Source: an uncultured Gemmatimonadales bacterium (GTDB lineage: Bacteria > Gemmatimonadota > Gemmatimonadetes > Longimicrobiales > RSA9). From it: DNA of 64,000 nucleotides. The translations under genes and the position numbers were made by a program. Shown piece by piece: positions 29,665 through 40,632 of the stretch (position 1 is the first letter of the stretch; each line of letters starts with the position of its first letter). The notes below the pieces were generated by a model, which did no database searches, was not told where the DNA came from, and was given only the letters and a program-made list of their open reading frames with translations. The stretch lies in the NCBI GenBank assembly GCA_963741945.1, contig CAVUKA010000005.1, forward strand, positions 256,001 to 320,000. The letters are read 5' to 3'.

Positions 29665-31095
29665 CTACACGTCGAAGTAGAGCATGACCTCGTACGGGTG
29701 CGGCCGCGCGCGCACCGGCTGGACCTCCTTCTCCCGCTTCACCCGGATCCACCGCTCGATGAGCGTGCGGCTGAAGACGCCGCCCTCCAGCAGGAACTCG
29801 TGGTCGCCGGCCAGCGCCTCCAGTGCTTCTTCCAGCGACGTGGGGAGCTGGCCGATGGCGGCACTGCGCTCGGCCGACAGCGAGAACACGTCCTCGTCGA
29901 CAGGTCCGAAGCCGTGGTCCGACGGCTCGATCTTCCGTTTCACGCCATCGATTCCGGCCATGAGCTGCGCGGCCATGGAAAGGTAGATGTTCCCGCTGGC
30001 ATCCGGCGGACGGAACTCCATCCGGACCGCGTCGCGTGCCGTGGCGTACTTCGGGATCCGCACGGCCGCGCTGCGGTTGGCGAGGGAGAAGAACGTCCGG
30101 ACGGGGGCCTCGAACCCCGGCACCAGGCGTCGGTACGAGTTCGTGCTCGGATTGGTCAGCCCGAGCAGCGCGGGTGCGTGCACGAGCAGCCCGCCGATGT
30201 ACCAGCGCGCCTCCTGGCTCAGGTAGGCGTAGCCGTCGGCGCTGTAGAAGAGGTTGTCGCCGCCCCGTCGCAGCTGCTGATGGAAGTGCATGCCGCTGCC
30301 CGCTTCACCGAACAGCGGCTTCGGCATGAAGGTGCTGGTCTGTCCGTGCCTGGCGGCGGTCATCTTGGCCACGTACTTCACGAGCATCCCCATGTCCCCG
30401 GCCGCCACCAGTCCCGCCAGCGGGATCTCCAGCTCCACCTGTCCGGGGCCACCCACCTCGTGATGATGGTACTTGACCGGCACACCCATGCCTGCCAGGT
30501 GCATGGAGATCTCGGACCGCAGGTTGTAGAGCCGGTCCGCCGGTGGCATCGCGTGATAACCACCATGCAGCGGGATCGTGTGACCGCTGGCGCCGTTCGA
30601 GCCCTTCGACATGGCCCATTCCGCCTCCCGCGACTCCACGCAGTACGATGCGCGGTTGACGCCGTTCTCGAACCGTACGTCATCGAACACGTAGAACTCG
30701 AACTCGGGCCCCCAGCGACTCGCGTCCGCCACGCCCGACGCCCGCAGGTACGCCTCCGCGTTGGCCGCGATGTTCCGCGGGTCGTGCGGGTAGGGCGCTT
30801 TCGTGTCCGCCTCGCAGGCGAAGCAGATGAAGGAGAGCGTGGCCGAGTCCCAGAACGGGTCGGGCGCACCGGTTCCCAGATCGGGAACCAGGACCATGTC
30901 ACCGGAGGCCACCCCCCGGAATCCCACGGCCGAGCCGTCGAAGCCGATCCCCTCCTCCAGCACATCCTCGTTGAAGTGGTCCGCCGGCACGGTGACGTGG
31001 TGCCAGCGGCCCCACAGATCCACGAACTTCAGGTCCACCATCCGCGTCTCGCTCTCGGCGATATAGCGGCGGACTTCCTGGAAATCCGAAAACAT
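29665..31095 (-). CDS. glnA: Glutamine synthetase type I
   Basis: GFDGS, GPEFEFY, HHHEV, FMPKP...GSGMHFH, NSYRRLVPGFEAP, NRSAAVRIP, EFRPPD. Confidence 0.93.
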   Translation of the reverse strand: MFSDFQEVRRYIAESETRMVDLKFVDLWGRWHHVTVPADHFNEDVLEEGIGFDGSAVGFRGVASGDMVLVPDLGTGAPDPFWDSATLSFICFACEADTKAPYPHDPRNIAANAEAYLRASGVADASRWGPEFEFYVFDDVRFENGVNRASYCVESREAEWAMSKGSNGASGHTIPLHGGYHAMPPADRLYNLRSEISMHLAGMGVPVKYHHHEVGGPGQVELEIPLAGLVAAGDMGMLVKYVAKMTAARHGQTSTFMPKPLFGEAGSGMHFHQQLRRGGDNLFYSADGYAYLSQEARWYIGGLLVHAPALLGLTNPSTNSYRRLVPGFEAPVRTFFSLANRSAAVRIPKYATARDAVRMEFRPPDASGNIYLSMAAQLMAGIDGVKRKIEPSDHGFGPVDEDVFSLSAERSAAIGQLPTSLEEALEALAGDHEFLLEGGVFSRTLIERWIRVKREKEVQPVRARPHPYEVMLYFDV

Positions 31096-31300
31096 CCTCT
31101 ACCCCCCATCGGCCCCGCCTTCAGGCCCGTCGTTAGCTGCGTCGCCGGCGCCCCACAGCGGCGCCTCCGTTGAAGCTAGCGAGCCCGGCCACCCGCGTCA
31201 CGCGGAGAACGCGAGTCGCGAAGCCGAAAGAGGCGGCACTCACGCGAACCACGGGAAGGACGGTGTGAGGGGACAGCCGTGCGCCAGGGCTCCAGGGCCT

Positions 31301-31666
31301 TCAGTCCGCGGCCGCGAGCAGAGCCTCTACCCGGACCACCATGTCCATGGGAGCGGCCGGTTTTGTGATCACAAGATCGCTGACCGCTTCAGCTGCAGTA
31401 AGCTGGTCAGGCAGAGCGCGGGCGGAGAACGAGACGATCAAGGGCCTCCCGCGCCCTGCGGCTCGGGCGTTTCGGACGAACGGTGAGTAACCCGGCACGT
31501 CCATGGGGAAGTCACCCACCACCACGTCTGGCTGTTCGGATCTCACCAACGCAAGTCCGACTTCGCCTTGCGCCGTCTCGAGGACAACATGACCGCGAAA
31601 CTCGAAGGCGGCACGCAGAATCTCCCGCGTGGCGCTATCGCGATCGACAAGCAGCACAACAGCCAT
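31301..31666 (-). CDS. Single-domain response regulator (atypical receiver)
   Basis: VLLVDRD...PDVVVGD...ITKP receiver pattern. Confidence 0.7.
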   Translation of the reverse strand: MAVVLLVDRDSATREILRAAFEFRGHVVLETAQGEVGLALVRSEQPDVVVGDFPMDVPGYSPFVRNARAAGRGRPLIVSFSARALPDQLTAAEAVSDLVITKPAAPMDMVVRVEALLAAAD

Positions 31667-31855
31667 ACCACCCTCATGGGCAAGAAAGGCTTCAACTTGG
31701 ATCCCTCGAATATAGAAACCGGCGAAACGAACAAAAAGAAGGACGTGCCGCCAGGAGGAAGAATCCATGCGCGTCTCGTCCCGACCGCCCGCTGGCGCTG
31801 ATTCTCAACACGCTGCACTACTCTCGCCCATGAACTGTCTGCGCACCCCTCCGTG

Positions 31856-31913
31856 CTCGTTGCTGTGCTGTTCTGTGCTGTCCTGTGCCGTTCTGTGCCG
31901 TTCTGTGCCGTTC
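31856..31913. repeat. 10-bp tandem repeat (GTTCTGTGCC-like)
   Basis: About 5 degenerate copies downstream of the DUF5916-like gene. Confidence 0.7.
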
Positions 31914-31931
31914 CTTGCCTCCTTCGCGCCC

Positions 31932-34636
31932 TTACAACCCGAGCCAGTAGCTGACCTTGATCAGCAGCACGTTGGTTCCCGCAGCGTTCCAGAGCGCGTT
32001 CACGTCCCGGCCGAAGCGGAAGCGGCCATCCTCCACGTAGTCGGTGCGCCCCTGGCTCCACACCAGGAAGACCGTCGAGCCGGGCCGGTACTCCCAGCGC
32101 AGTACCACGTTCGACCGGAGCTGTTTGAAGTTGAAGCTCGGGTCGGTGAACTCGAAATCGCCGTTCCCGTCGCCGGTTGCGTCCACGCCGTGTACGAGCT
32201 CGTCATCCTCGTTGCGCCACGACGTCATCTCCCCGGCGCCGATGCGATGGAAGCGGTCCTCGTAGGCCGCGGCCCTCGCGTTGGTGACGTACTTGAAGTC
32301 CGCGTAGGTCCCGGCGCTCATGAACGGCTGGGCATAGAGCTGGAGTGAGAGCGTGGGCGAGAACGTGTAGTTGAGCCGCGCCGTCATGGAGACGGTGGTC
32401 TGGTCCACGGTCCCGAGGATCCAGTACGGCTGTCCATCGGCGTCCTGCTCATCCACGTACTGGATCGGGTTCGTGCTCTTCGAGTAGGAAGGCCCGACGT
32501 ACAGGTCGGCATTGTCGGAAGGGCGGATCGTCAGGCCTGGGGAGACGTACATGCCGTGCGCTCCGGACCCGGCGGCGCCGTCGCCCCCGAAGCTGACGCT
32601 GAGCTGGACGGGCTTGCGGTGATCCGTCCAGAAATTCGACCACACGTTCCAGCTGGCCGGCCGGAGGAACCCGGGGCCGCCCCGCAGCATCGAGGTCGAC
32701 AGCGCCTCCGTGGAGTAGTTGATCCCGGCACTGCCGCCCCACAGGTTGTTCAGCTCGAACCCGCCATTGACGTTTCCGCCCAGGTCGATGCGGTCGCCGC
32801 CGTACGTGGACCCGTTCCAGCCGTTCATGCCGACTCGCCAGCTCCGGAACACGGGCCCCGCGTCGTTCTCGTTGTACCCGGTCCAGAACCCGCTGAAGAT
32901 CATGTCGCCATTTCGCTGGTAGCCGAGGTCGTTGGCGTCGAACTCGGGCGAGAGGGTCATGCCAAAGAGAGCAAAGCGCCAGTCGCCCTGCAGCTTCCAC
33001 AGCTCCATCTTGGCTGCGCTCCCCGCCAATGTCGTCCGCGCGGCATCGTAGTGCAGGTAATCCGCGTCCGGGCGCTGGAAGTTGTGGACGGGAGAGGTCT
33101 GCACCTCGTCGATCGCGTCGGCCGTTCCGGTGAGATAGCTGCCCACGAAGGAGCCGGTGATCTGGTAGGCGTTGTCGGGACCGAACCGATGGCGCACGTC
33201 CACGCCCGCCGTGTACGCGGACTTCTGAAGCCAGTCCAGCTCCCCGGAAGGGGGGAGCGAGCGGTTCGTGGTGGTGAAGATCCCGCCAATGGCGCTCTTG
33301 CCTTCGCGGAAGTCCCTGATGACGCGGACCACGCCGTAGTTCGTCAGCGGCTCCACCGGCGTGGTGCTTTCCACCCCGTCGGTCATGGACCGCGCCGTCT
33401 CTTTCCCCGTCAGCGCGTCCAGCACGCCGATGGACCACCCGCCCGCGGTCTTCCCCGAAAGCTTGGCGGCGCCGAGGATCGTGGTGGCCTCGGGCTGATC
33501 CACGAAGTCCCCGTCCACCTCGCCCTGCGGTGAGCGCCCGATGCGTCTCGAGTAGAACAGGCTCTCGTTCCCCAGGTCGCCATCGCCGATCCCCAGCCCG
33601 AAGCGGAAGATGTCCATCCCTTCGGTGAAGAACGGTCGCCGCTCCGGGAAGAACGTCTCGAACGCCGAAAGGTTCACCACGGACGGGTCCGCCTCGACCT
33701 GCCCGAAATCCGGGTTGATGGTGGCCGTCAGAGTGAGATCGGATGTGATGCCCGCCTTCACGTCCGCACCCATGCCGCCGAACGGATCGACACTGCGGTA
33801 GAACGGGTCACCGGCCTCGTGCGGCGCTCGCGTGGCGCTGCCCACGGCGTACGGCATGACTTCCAGGCGACGCGGGGGGTTCAGGTCCCGGAGACCGCGC
33901 AGCTCCCCGAACAGGGAAACCATGCGGGCATCGGTCGGCAGCGTGGGAGCCCACAGGGCCTCCTCGTTGTTGCGTGCGATCTTGCGGAGAAAGTTGATCC
34001 CCCAGACCTGCTCCCGGCCATCCGGACTCGGCTTGAAGCGGAGCTGTGAGAGCGGGATGCGGTACTCGGCCGTCCAGCCTTCGCTGTCCTGCTTCGCCGC
34101 ACCCTCCCAGACGGCGTCCCACGAGCCGTCGTCCTCCGTGTCATCGAACAGCAGCACGTCCACCATCACGCCCCTCGGATTCAGCCCGAACGCAAAGCCG
34201 GTCCGCCGGTCGAAGTAGCTGTCGATGGCTACGTACAGCCAGTCGGAATAGACCTCGTTGTCGCGCCGCCCCAGCTGCCCCACCACCGAGTCCGGCGCCG
34301 TGTCGTGCATGCGGGCCGCCACGTACAGTGCCCGGTCGTCGTAGAGGACGCGGACCTCGGTGCGCTGTGACGCGGCCGCGCCCGGGTTCGGCTGCTTCTG
34401 GGTGAACCCGGTGGCCACCTGGGCACCGGCCCACGCCGGATCGCCGAGATCACCGTCGATCGTGGGAGGGGCAGCCACGCGTGTGGCATGGAGCGCAAGG
34501 ATGGCATCCCGACCGCCGGGGGAACCGCTCCCACGGCCGGAAACGGCGGCCATGGAGCCGGTGTCCTGCGCGGACGCGCCCGCGGTCCATACAGCTGTCG
34601 CTGTGAGAAAAGGACTGCAATGAACGGGAATCTCAT
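31932..34636 (-). CDS. CBM9-like sugar-binding domain + DUF5916 outer-membrane protein; 5' end apparently frameshifted
   Basis: IDGDLGDPAW, WTAEYRIP, TINPDFGQVEAD, FFPERRPFF, LFYSRRIG. Continuous ORF from 34553; the signal peptide starting at ATG 34636 is out of frame by 1 nt. Confidence 0.85.
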
Positions 34637-34836
34637 CGGGGACTTCGCGTTACGTCGCACCAACGCCGGAGCTGCTCACCAGGGCCGGCGTTGAGTGCGC
34701 TGTGGTCTGTGGTATTCGGCCATCCGTACGCGCCTCGACGCACATGGGTTTCGACAGCCACGGCCGGGACAGGGTTGCATGCGGGGTCGTGCCCGACCAT
34801 CTCTTCCAGAATGCCGAAACCATGGAGAATCGAGCG

Positions 34837-36114
34837 ATGACGCTGTCCGCGCCGGCACCAGGCCGGATCCTACTTTTCGTTTCCGCGCTCCTGGCCGCCG
34901 CAGCACCAGCGGCGGCCCAGGACCTGCTCCTTCGCCCCGACCGCGTGTTCGACGGACACGCCGTCCACCCCGGGTGGGTCGTTCGCGTCCACGGCGATCG
35001 GATCGCCGCCGCGGGGCCCGCCGCGAGCGTGGATGCCGCCGGAGCCCGTGTGATCGAGCTCCCCGGCGCCACGCTCCTCCCGGGCCTCATTGATGGCCAC
35101 ACCCACATGTTCCTCCACCCGTACGACGAGGTGTCCTGGAACGACCAGGTGCTCAAGGAGTCGCGCGCGGAGCGGACGCTGCGCGCGGGCAATCACGCCC
35201 GCGCCACCCTCATGGCCGGCTTCACGACGGCGCGGGACCTGGGCACGGAGGGGGCGGGGTACGCGGATGCGGGGCTGAAGACCGCCATTGAGAAAGGCGT
35301 GATCGCCGGCCCCCGCCTGCTCATTGCGACCAAGGCCATTGTCGCCACGGGAAGTTACGGCCCCAAAGGGTTCGTGCCCGAGCTGGACATGCTGCTCGGC
35401 GCCGAGGAAGCGGACGGCCCGACCATGGCGCGCGTGGTCCGCGACCAGATCGGTCACGGCGCCGACTGGGTGAAAGTGTACGCCGACTACGGCTGGGGCC
35501 CCGGCGGCCGGGCCATGCCCACGTTCACGGAAGGCGAGCTCCGCACGGCGGTGGAAGTAGCCGGGAGCAGCGGGCGCCGCATTTCCGCTCACGCCTCGAC
35601 CCCGGAAGGGATGCGACGCGCTACGCTGGCCGGCGCCGCCACCATCGAGCATGGCGACGGTGGGACGCCCGAAATCTTCCGCCTGATGGCCGAGCGGGGG
35701 GTGGCGCTCTGTCCCACCCTGGCGGCCTCCGAGGCCATCGCCCGCTACCGCGGCTGGCCCCCCGGAAGCTCGCCCGAGCCCGAGCGGATCCGGCAGAGCC
35801 GCGAGAGCTTCCGCGCCGCCCTCGCTGCCGGCGTGCCCATGTGCCTGGGCGGCGACACGGGCGTGTTCAGCCACGGCGACAACGCACGGGAGGCCGAGCT
35901 CATGGCGGAGTACGGCATGCCCGCTCTGGATGTTCTCCGCGCCGGCACGTCCGGCAACGCCACCATCCTGGGACTCGACGACCGCGGCGTGGTCGAGTCC
36001 GGCCGCCTCGCGGACCTGGTGGCCGTGGCTGGTGACCCGTCGCAGGACATCCGGGCGCTGCGGAGCGTCCGGTTCGTCATGAAGGGTGGCGAGATCGTCC
36101 GCGCGGAGGAGTAG
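34837..36114 (+). CDS. Amidohydrolase family protein (Xaa-Pro dipeptidase-like), secreted
   Basis: PGLIDGHTH, GFTTARDLG, VKVY, AHA, IEHG, GGDTGV, ADLVAV. Confidence 0.9.
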   Translation: MTLSAPAPGRILLFVSALLAAAAPAAAQDLLLRPDRVFDGHAVHPGWVVRVHGDRIAAAGPAASVDAAGARVIELPGATLLPGLIDGHTHMFLHPYDEVSWNDQVLKESRAERTLRAGNHARATLMAGFTTARDLGTEGAGYADAGLKTAIEKGVIAGPRLLIATKAIVATGSYGPKGFVPELDMLLGAEEADGPTMARVVRDQIGHGADWVKVYADYGWGPGGRAMPTFTEGELRTAVEVAGSSGRRISAHASTPEGMRRATLAGAATIEHGDGGTPEIFRLMAERGVALCPTLAASEAIARYRGWPPGSSPEPERIRQSRESFRAALAAGVPMCLGGDTGVFSHGDNAREAELMAEYGMPALDVLRAGTSGNATILGLDDRGVVESGRLADLVAVAGDPSQDIRALRSVRFVMKGGEIVRAEE

Positions 36115-36144
36115 CGGGCCCGGGCCCGAGCCGCTCCCGCGTCC

Positions 36145-39100
36145 TCAGAGATCCAGCGCGGCCCGGACGATGCGCAGCAGCGACCCCGCCACGAACGGCT
36201 TCTCGAGGAAGAGACTTCGTGGAACCTCGCCGGCCTGGCGCCGCGCGGCTTCCTCGGCATATCCGGAAGTCAGGAGCACGGGCAGGTCTCCGCGCACGCG
36301 ACGCAGCCTCCCGGCCAGCTCGCCGCCGCCGATACCGGGCATGACCATGTCCGTGAGCAGCAGGTCGATGCGACTCTCGTAATCGGCCGCCACCGCCAGG
36401 GCTTCTTCCCCGCTGCGGGCTTCCAGCACCGTGTAGCCGCTCTTCCGGAGCACTTTCCGGACGAGCGCTCGGACCGCCGGCTCATCCTCCACGAGCAGGA
36501 TGGTCTCGTCACCATCGAGATCCGCGCCTTCCTCCGCCGGGCGCTCCGGTGCGTCCGGCCGCTCGTTCACGATGGGCAGATAGATCTTGAACGTGCTCCC
36601 CAGCCCGGGCTCCGAGTACACCCAGATCCAGCCACCGCTCTGCTTCACGATGCCGTACACCGTGCTGAGCCCGAGCCCCGTCCCCTTGCCGACCTCCTTC
36701 GTCGTGAAGAAGGGCTCGAACACACGGTCCCGGATCTCCTGCGCGATTCCCATCCCCGTGTCCGTCACGGCCAGCATCACGAACCGCCCGGCCTCGGCCG
36801 TGGGGCGCCCGCGCGCGTACTCCTCGTCCAGGTCCACGTTGGCGGTCTGCAGCGTGAGACGCCCACCCTCCGGCATGGCGTCGCGGGCGTTGACGGCGAG
36901 GTTCATCAGCACCTGGCCGAGCTGTCCCGGATCGGCCCGGACCGGCTCCAGGTCCGGCGCAAGCTGCTGCTCCAGCTCCACATCCTCCCCGATGAGACGG
37001 CGCAGCATCCGGCTCGTGTCCTCCACGACTGCATTCAGGTCCAGCACGCGGGGACGGAGGATCTGCTGCCGGCTGAACGCCAGCAGCTGCCGGGTCAGAT
37101 CTCTCGCCCGCGTAGCGGCCCGCTGCACTTCCGCCAGGTCCTCCTTCGCCGCTTCATCCACGCGCTGCATGAGCAGATCGACATGCCCCATGATCGCGGT
37201 CAGGAGGTTGTTGAAATCGTGCGCCACGCCGCCCGCCAGCCGCCCGACCGCCTCCATCTTCTGCGCCTGCTGGAGCTGCCGCTCGAGCTCGCGGATCGGG
37301 CGGATGTCACGCGCGATCGTGGACAGGAACGTGGACCCTTCCGGCGATGTGTGGGCGATGACCACCTGCGACACCGGGATCTCGCGCCCGCCCCGCGAGA
37401 TCAGTCTGGTTTCCCCACTCCAGCTCCCCTTCTCCAGCGCCGTGGGTATGACCACCTCCCGGAACCAGCGGCCATCGGCCTCGGAGAGCGAGCCGAAGAA
37501 CGCACTGCCGTCCTCGTCCGTGTCATCGATCTCCATGACCCGCCGCATGGCAGCGTTGCGGTAGACCACGGTGCCGTCCTCGTGGGCGATCCCCACGTAG
37601 TCGGTCGTCGCCTCCAGCAGGGCCGTGAAGCGCTGGCGCTGACGCTCGGCACGTTCCCGCTCCATCGCCGCTCCCACCACGTTCGCCACCGCCTGCACGA
37701 AGGCCCCGTCCTGCTCCGTGAAGCTGCGGGGCTGCCTGGAGTGGGCCGCCAGAACGCCGAGGATGCCGTGGTGCCCTCGGATCGGCACGGTGAGGCCGCT
37801 CCGGATCCGGTTCTCGCGGAGCAGGTCGCTCCCCGGGAAACGCTCCTCCTGGTCCAGGTCCGCGACCGCAACGGGGCTGTTCGTGGCCAGCGTATGTCCG
37901 GCCTGCGACTCCGGCCCGCCCGACACCCACGCGCTCCCGATCAGCTCCGGGGCCCACCCCACACCCGCGCGTAGCAGCAGCTCAGGGCGATCGGGCCGCC
38001 GTTCCAGCACCTTCGCGTACTCGACGGCGAGCGTTTCACGGATCAGCGTGGTGGCTTCGCTCAGGATCACCTCGATGCGGACCTCTTCCAGCGCCCTCTG
38101 CCCCAGCCACGCCACGGCGCTCTGCTGCTCCGCGGCCGTGATCAGCTCCTGTTCCGCCGCCTTCCGCGCCGTCATGTCCGCCGCGACCACGATGGCGCCC
38201 GCCGCGCCGCCGGCGGCATCGTGGAGCGGGGCGGCCGAGACGCTGGCCACGAACATTCCCCCGTCTCCGCGGGGAAGCCTGAGCTCGATATCCGTGAACG
38301 CGTCGCCCGCGAGAATCCGGCGCTCCAGCTCTGCACCCACCCGCCCCGGCGGCAGGACGTTCCGGAGCGGGGTCCGGAGCCGCTCCGCCTCGGTCCACCC
38401 GAACCCGTGCTCGGCGGCCGGGTTCCACATGTGGATCAACCCCTCGGGATCCGCCGCGATGATCGGAACGGGAGAGGCACGGACCACGGCCTGCAGGATC
38501 TCGTTCGTTTCCCGCACCGCCTCCGCACGCCGCCGCCACTCGGTGACATCGCGGATGAACCCCGCGTAGCCGACGATTCCACCATCGTCGTCTCGCCGCA
38601 GCGCGGCTGACAGGAGACATTCCCGCTGCGCGCCCCCCTTGCGGACCAGCGTGACCGGCCAGTCCCGCAACCGGCCCGCCGCCTCCACCCGGCGGCGGAA
38701 CTCCTGCCGTTCGGACGGGTTGGCGTACAGCGCGCGGACGTCCTGCCTTGCCACTTCCTCTTCCGTGTAGCCGAACAGCTCCAGGAACGCCTGGTTCCAC
38801 GCCGTCAGCCTCCCGTCCACTGTGCTGATGTAGAACGCGTCCGCGGTCTGCTCCAGGATGGTCCGGTAGCGCTCCTCGCTCTCCCGCAGCAGCGCTTCGG
38901 CCCTGTGCTGCTCCGTGACATCGCGGAACGAGGTCACCGTGCCGGTGAACTCTCCATCGTCCAGGAGCGGCGCCGCGTTCACCGACAGCACCTTGCGCCT
39001 GCCGTCGGGCAGCTCGACCACCTGAATGGCGTCGTGAACCGGCTCCCCCGTGCGGCGGACCCGGGCCAGCGGGTAGTCCTCGGGCGGAAGCGGATCACCA

Positions 39101-39774
39101 TCCGGCGTGGTCACTTTCCACGCCGCGTCGTCATGGGTCCGGCGCGTGATCTCGGAAAGCGGGACGCCCAGGATCTTCTCGGCCCCGGCGTTCGCGAACG
39201 TGATCCGGCCATCCGAGCTCTCGATCAGCAATCCGTCCTCCACCGCCCCCACCACCTGACGGAGCCGCTCCTCGCTGGATCGGAGCGCCGCCTCCGAACG
39301 GAGACGCTCCGTTACATCCTCCACCAGCACGAGCCGGCACCTGCGGCCATCGAGCACGAGGTCATGGCTCGTAACGGCCACGTCCAGGAGCGTCCCGTCA
39401 CGCCTCCGGTGCCGCCATCCCGTCTGCCGCCGCAGTCCATGCGATTCGGTGCTCATCAGCGCCCGCAGCGCCTCCGCTTCGGACCCGGGGCGGATGTCGA
39501 GGATCGAAAGCGTCAGCATCTCGTCCAGGCTGTATCCGTACAGCTCCCTCGCCGCCGCGTTCGCGCCCAGGATCCGCAGGCTCTCCGCGTCGAACAGCAG
39601 CAGTGGAACCGGGCTCGCCTCGAAGAGCTGACGATACGTCCCGACCGCGCTCTCTCCGGGTTCCGGCGCACCTCCGGCCAGGCGATCCGCCGCGCCCCCG
39701 GCCCCCTCGCCGACAGCGCCGCTCACGCCCCTCTCCGGACCGATCCCCGACTCGCTCGGATGCTCGGCCGACAA
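36145..39774 (-). CDS. Cytoplasmic hybrid sensor kinase (multiple PAS, GAF, HisKA, HATPase, receiver)
   Basis: Repeated PAS/PAC ends (EDVTER, RDVTE), AHDFNN, NARDAM, DTGMG, GTGLGL, receiver TDMVMP; TTG start is tentative. Confidence 0.9.
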   Translation of the reverse strand: MSAEHPSESGIGPERGVSGAVGEGAGGAADRLAGGAPEPGESAVGTYRQLFEASPVPLLLFDAESLRILGANAAARELYGYSLDEMLTLSILDIRPGSEAEALRALMSTESHGLRRQTGWRHRRRDGTLLDVAVTSHDLVLDGRRCRLVLVEDVTERLRSEAALRSSEERLRQVVGAVEDGLLIESSDGRITFANAGAEKILGVPLSEITRRTHDDAAWKVTTPDGDPLPPEDYPLARVRRTGEPVHDAIQVVELPDGRRKVLSVNAAPLLDDGEFTGTVTSFRDVTEQHRAEALLRESEERYRTILEQTADAFYISTVDGRLTAWNQAFLELFGYTEEEVARQDVRALYANPSERQEFRRRVEAAGRLRDWPVTLVRKGGAQRECLLSAALRRDDDGGIVGYAGFIRDVTEWRRRAEAVRETNEILQAVVRASPVPIIAADPEGLIHMWNPAAEHGFGWTEAERLRTPLRNVLPPGRVGAELERRILAGDAFTDIELRLPRGDGGMFVASVSAAPLHDAAGGAAGAIVVAADMTARKAAEQELITAAEQQSAVAWLGQRALEEVRIEVILSEATTLIRETLAVEYAKVLERRPDRPELLLRAGVGWAPELIGSAWVSGGPESQAGHTLATNSPVAVADLDQEERFPGSDLLRENRIRSGLTVPIRGHHGILGVLAAHSRQPRSFTEQDGAFVQAVANVVGAAMERERAERQRQRFTALLEATTDYVGIAHEDGTVVYRNAAMRRVMEIDDTDEDGSAFFGSLSEADGRWFREVVIPTALEKGSWSGETRLISRGGREIPVSQVVIAHTSPEGSTFLSTIARDIRPIRELERQLQQAQKMEAVGRLAGGVAHDFNNLLTAIMGHVDLLMQRVDEAAKEDLAEVQRAATRARDLTRQLLAFSRQQILRPRVLDLNAVVEDTSRMLRRLIGEDVELEQQLAPDLEPVRADPGQLGQVLMNLAVNARDAMPEGGRLTLQTANVDLDEEYARGRPTAEAGRFVMLAVTDTGMGIAQEIRDRVFEPFFTTKEVGKGTGLGLSTVYGIVKQSGGWIWVYSEPGLGSTFKIYLPIVNERPDAPERPAEEGADLDGDETILLVEDEPAVRALVRKVLRKSGYTVLEARSGEEALAVAADYESRIDLLLTDMVMPGIGGGELAGRLRRVRGDLPVLLTSGYAEEAARRQAGEVPRSLFLEKPFVAGSLLRIVRAALDL

Positions 39775-39978
39775 AATCCCCCCTGATGGTGGAAATAGTT
39801 GAAGGTCACTGCGGAAGAACGCGGCGACAACCCCTCCACTCGACCAGTGTCGGCCGCTGCGGAGGCGACTTGAGAGAGCGCTGCGGAGCGCCGCTGGCGA
39901 TGGGCTCGCGCCCCACCAGCTCGTGGTGAGCCGCGTCGCCTGTGGCCGCCGTGCGTTGCCATGGCTACGTTCGGCCTC

Positions 39979-40632
39979 ATGCCAGCGCCGCCCGTCATCG
40001 CCGTCGAGCAGCTGACCGTTACGCCGCCGGATGCGGACGCGCCCGTCCTGCGCGACGTCCGCCTCGCCGTCCATGCGGGCGACCGCGTGGTGCTCACGGG
40101 GCCGTCCGGCTCGGGGAAGACCACGCTCCTGCGCGCCATGGTCATGCTCGAGCCGGCCGACGGGCGAATCCTCCTGGACGGCGACGAAGTGACGCCGGAG
40201 CGCGTCCGGGAGCTCCGCCGGCGCGTGGGCTACCTGCCCCAGCGGCCCGTGTCCATTGCCGAGACCGTGGAGAGCAACCTGTCGTTCCCCCGGGAGATCC
40301 ATCCCGACGCACTGGACGAGGAAGAGCAGCGGCTCCTCCTCGATCGCCTGGGTCTCGGGACCACCGACCTCTCCCGCCGCTTCGGCGCGCTCTCGGGTGG
40401 TGAGCAGCAGCGGGTGGCCCTGGTCCGCTCACTCACGCCCCGGCCGACGGTATTGCTGCTGGATGAGCCCACGGCGAGCCTGGACCCTGAGAATGTGGAG
40501 GTCGTGGTCGCGCTGCTGGCCGAGTGGTCGGCAGCGGCCCCGGGTCGGGCGCTGGTCTGGGTGAGCCATCACGCCGCGGAGGTCGAGGCGCTGGCCACGC
40601 GCCGGGCAACGGTCGGAGAGCTGGCACAGTGA
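39979..40632 (+). CDS. ABC transporter ATP-binding protein (FetA/YbbL-like)
   Basis: GPSGSGKT, LSGGEQQR, LDEPTASLD, WVSH. Confidence 0.88.
   Translation: MPAPPVIAVEQLTVTPPDADAPVLRDVRLAVHAGDRVVLTGPSGSGKTTLLRAMVMLEPADGRILLDGDEVTPERVRELRRRVGYLPQRPVSIAETVESNLSFPREIHPDALDEEEQRLLLDRLGLGTTDLSRRFGALSGGEQQRVALVRSLTPRPTVLLLDEPTASLDPENVEVVVALLAEWSAAAPGRALVWVSHHAAEVEALATRRATVGELAQ

Noticed and set aside
39775-40302. N-terminal extension of the hybrid kinase ORF
   Set aside because: Overlaps the divergent ABC ATPase and has no domain-like content.
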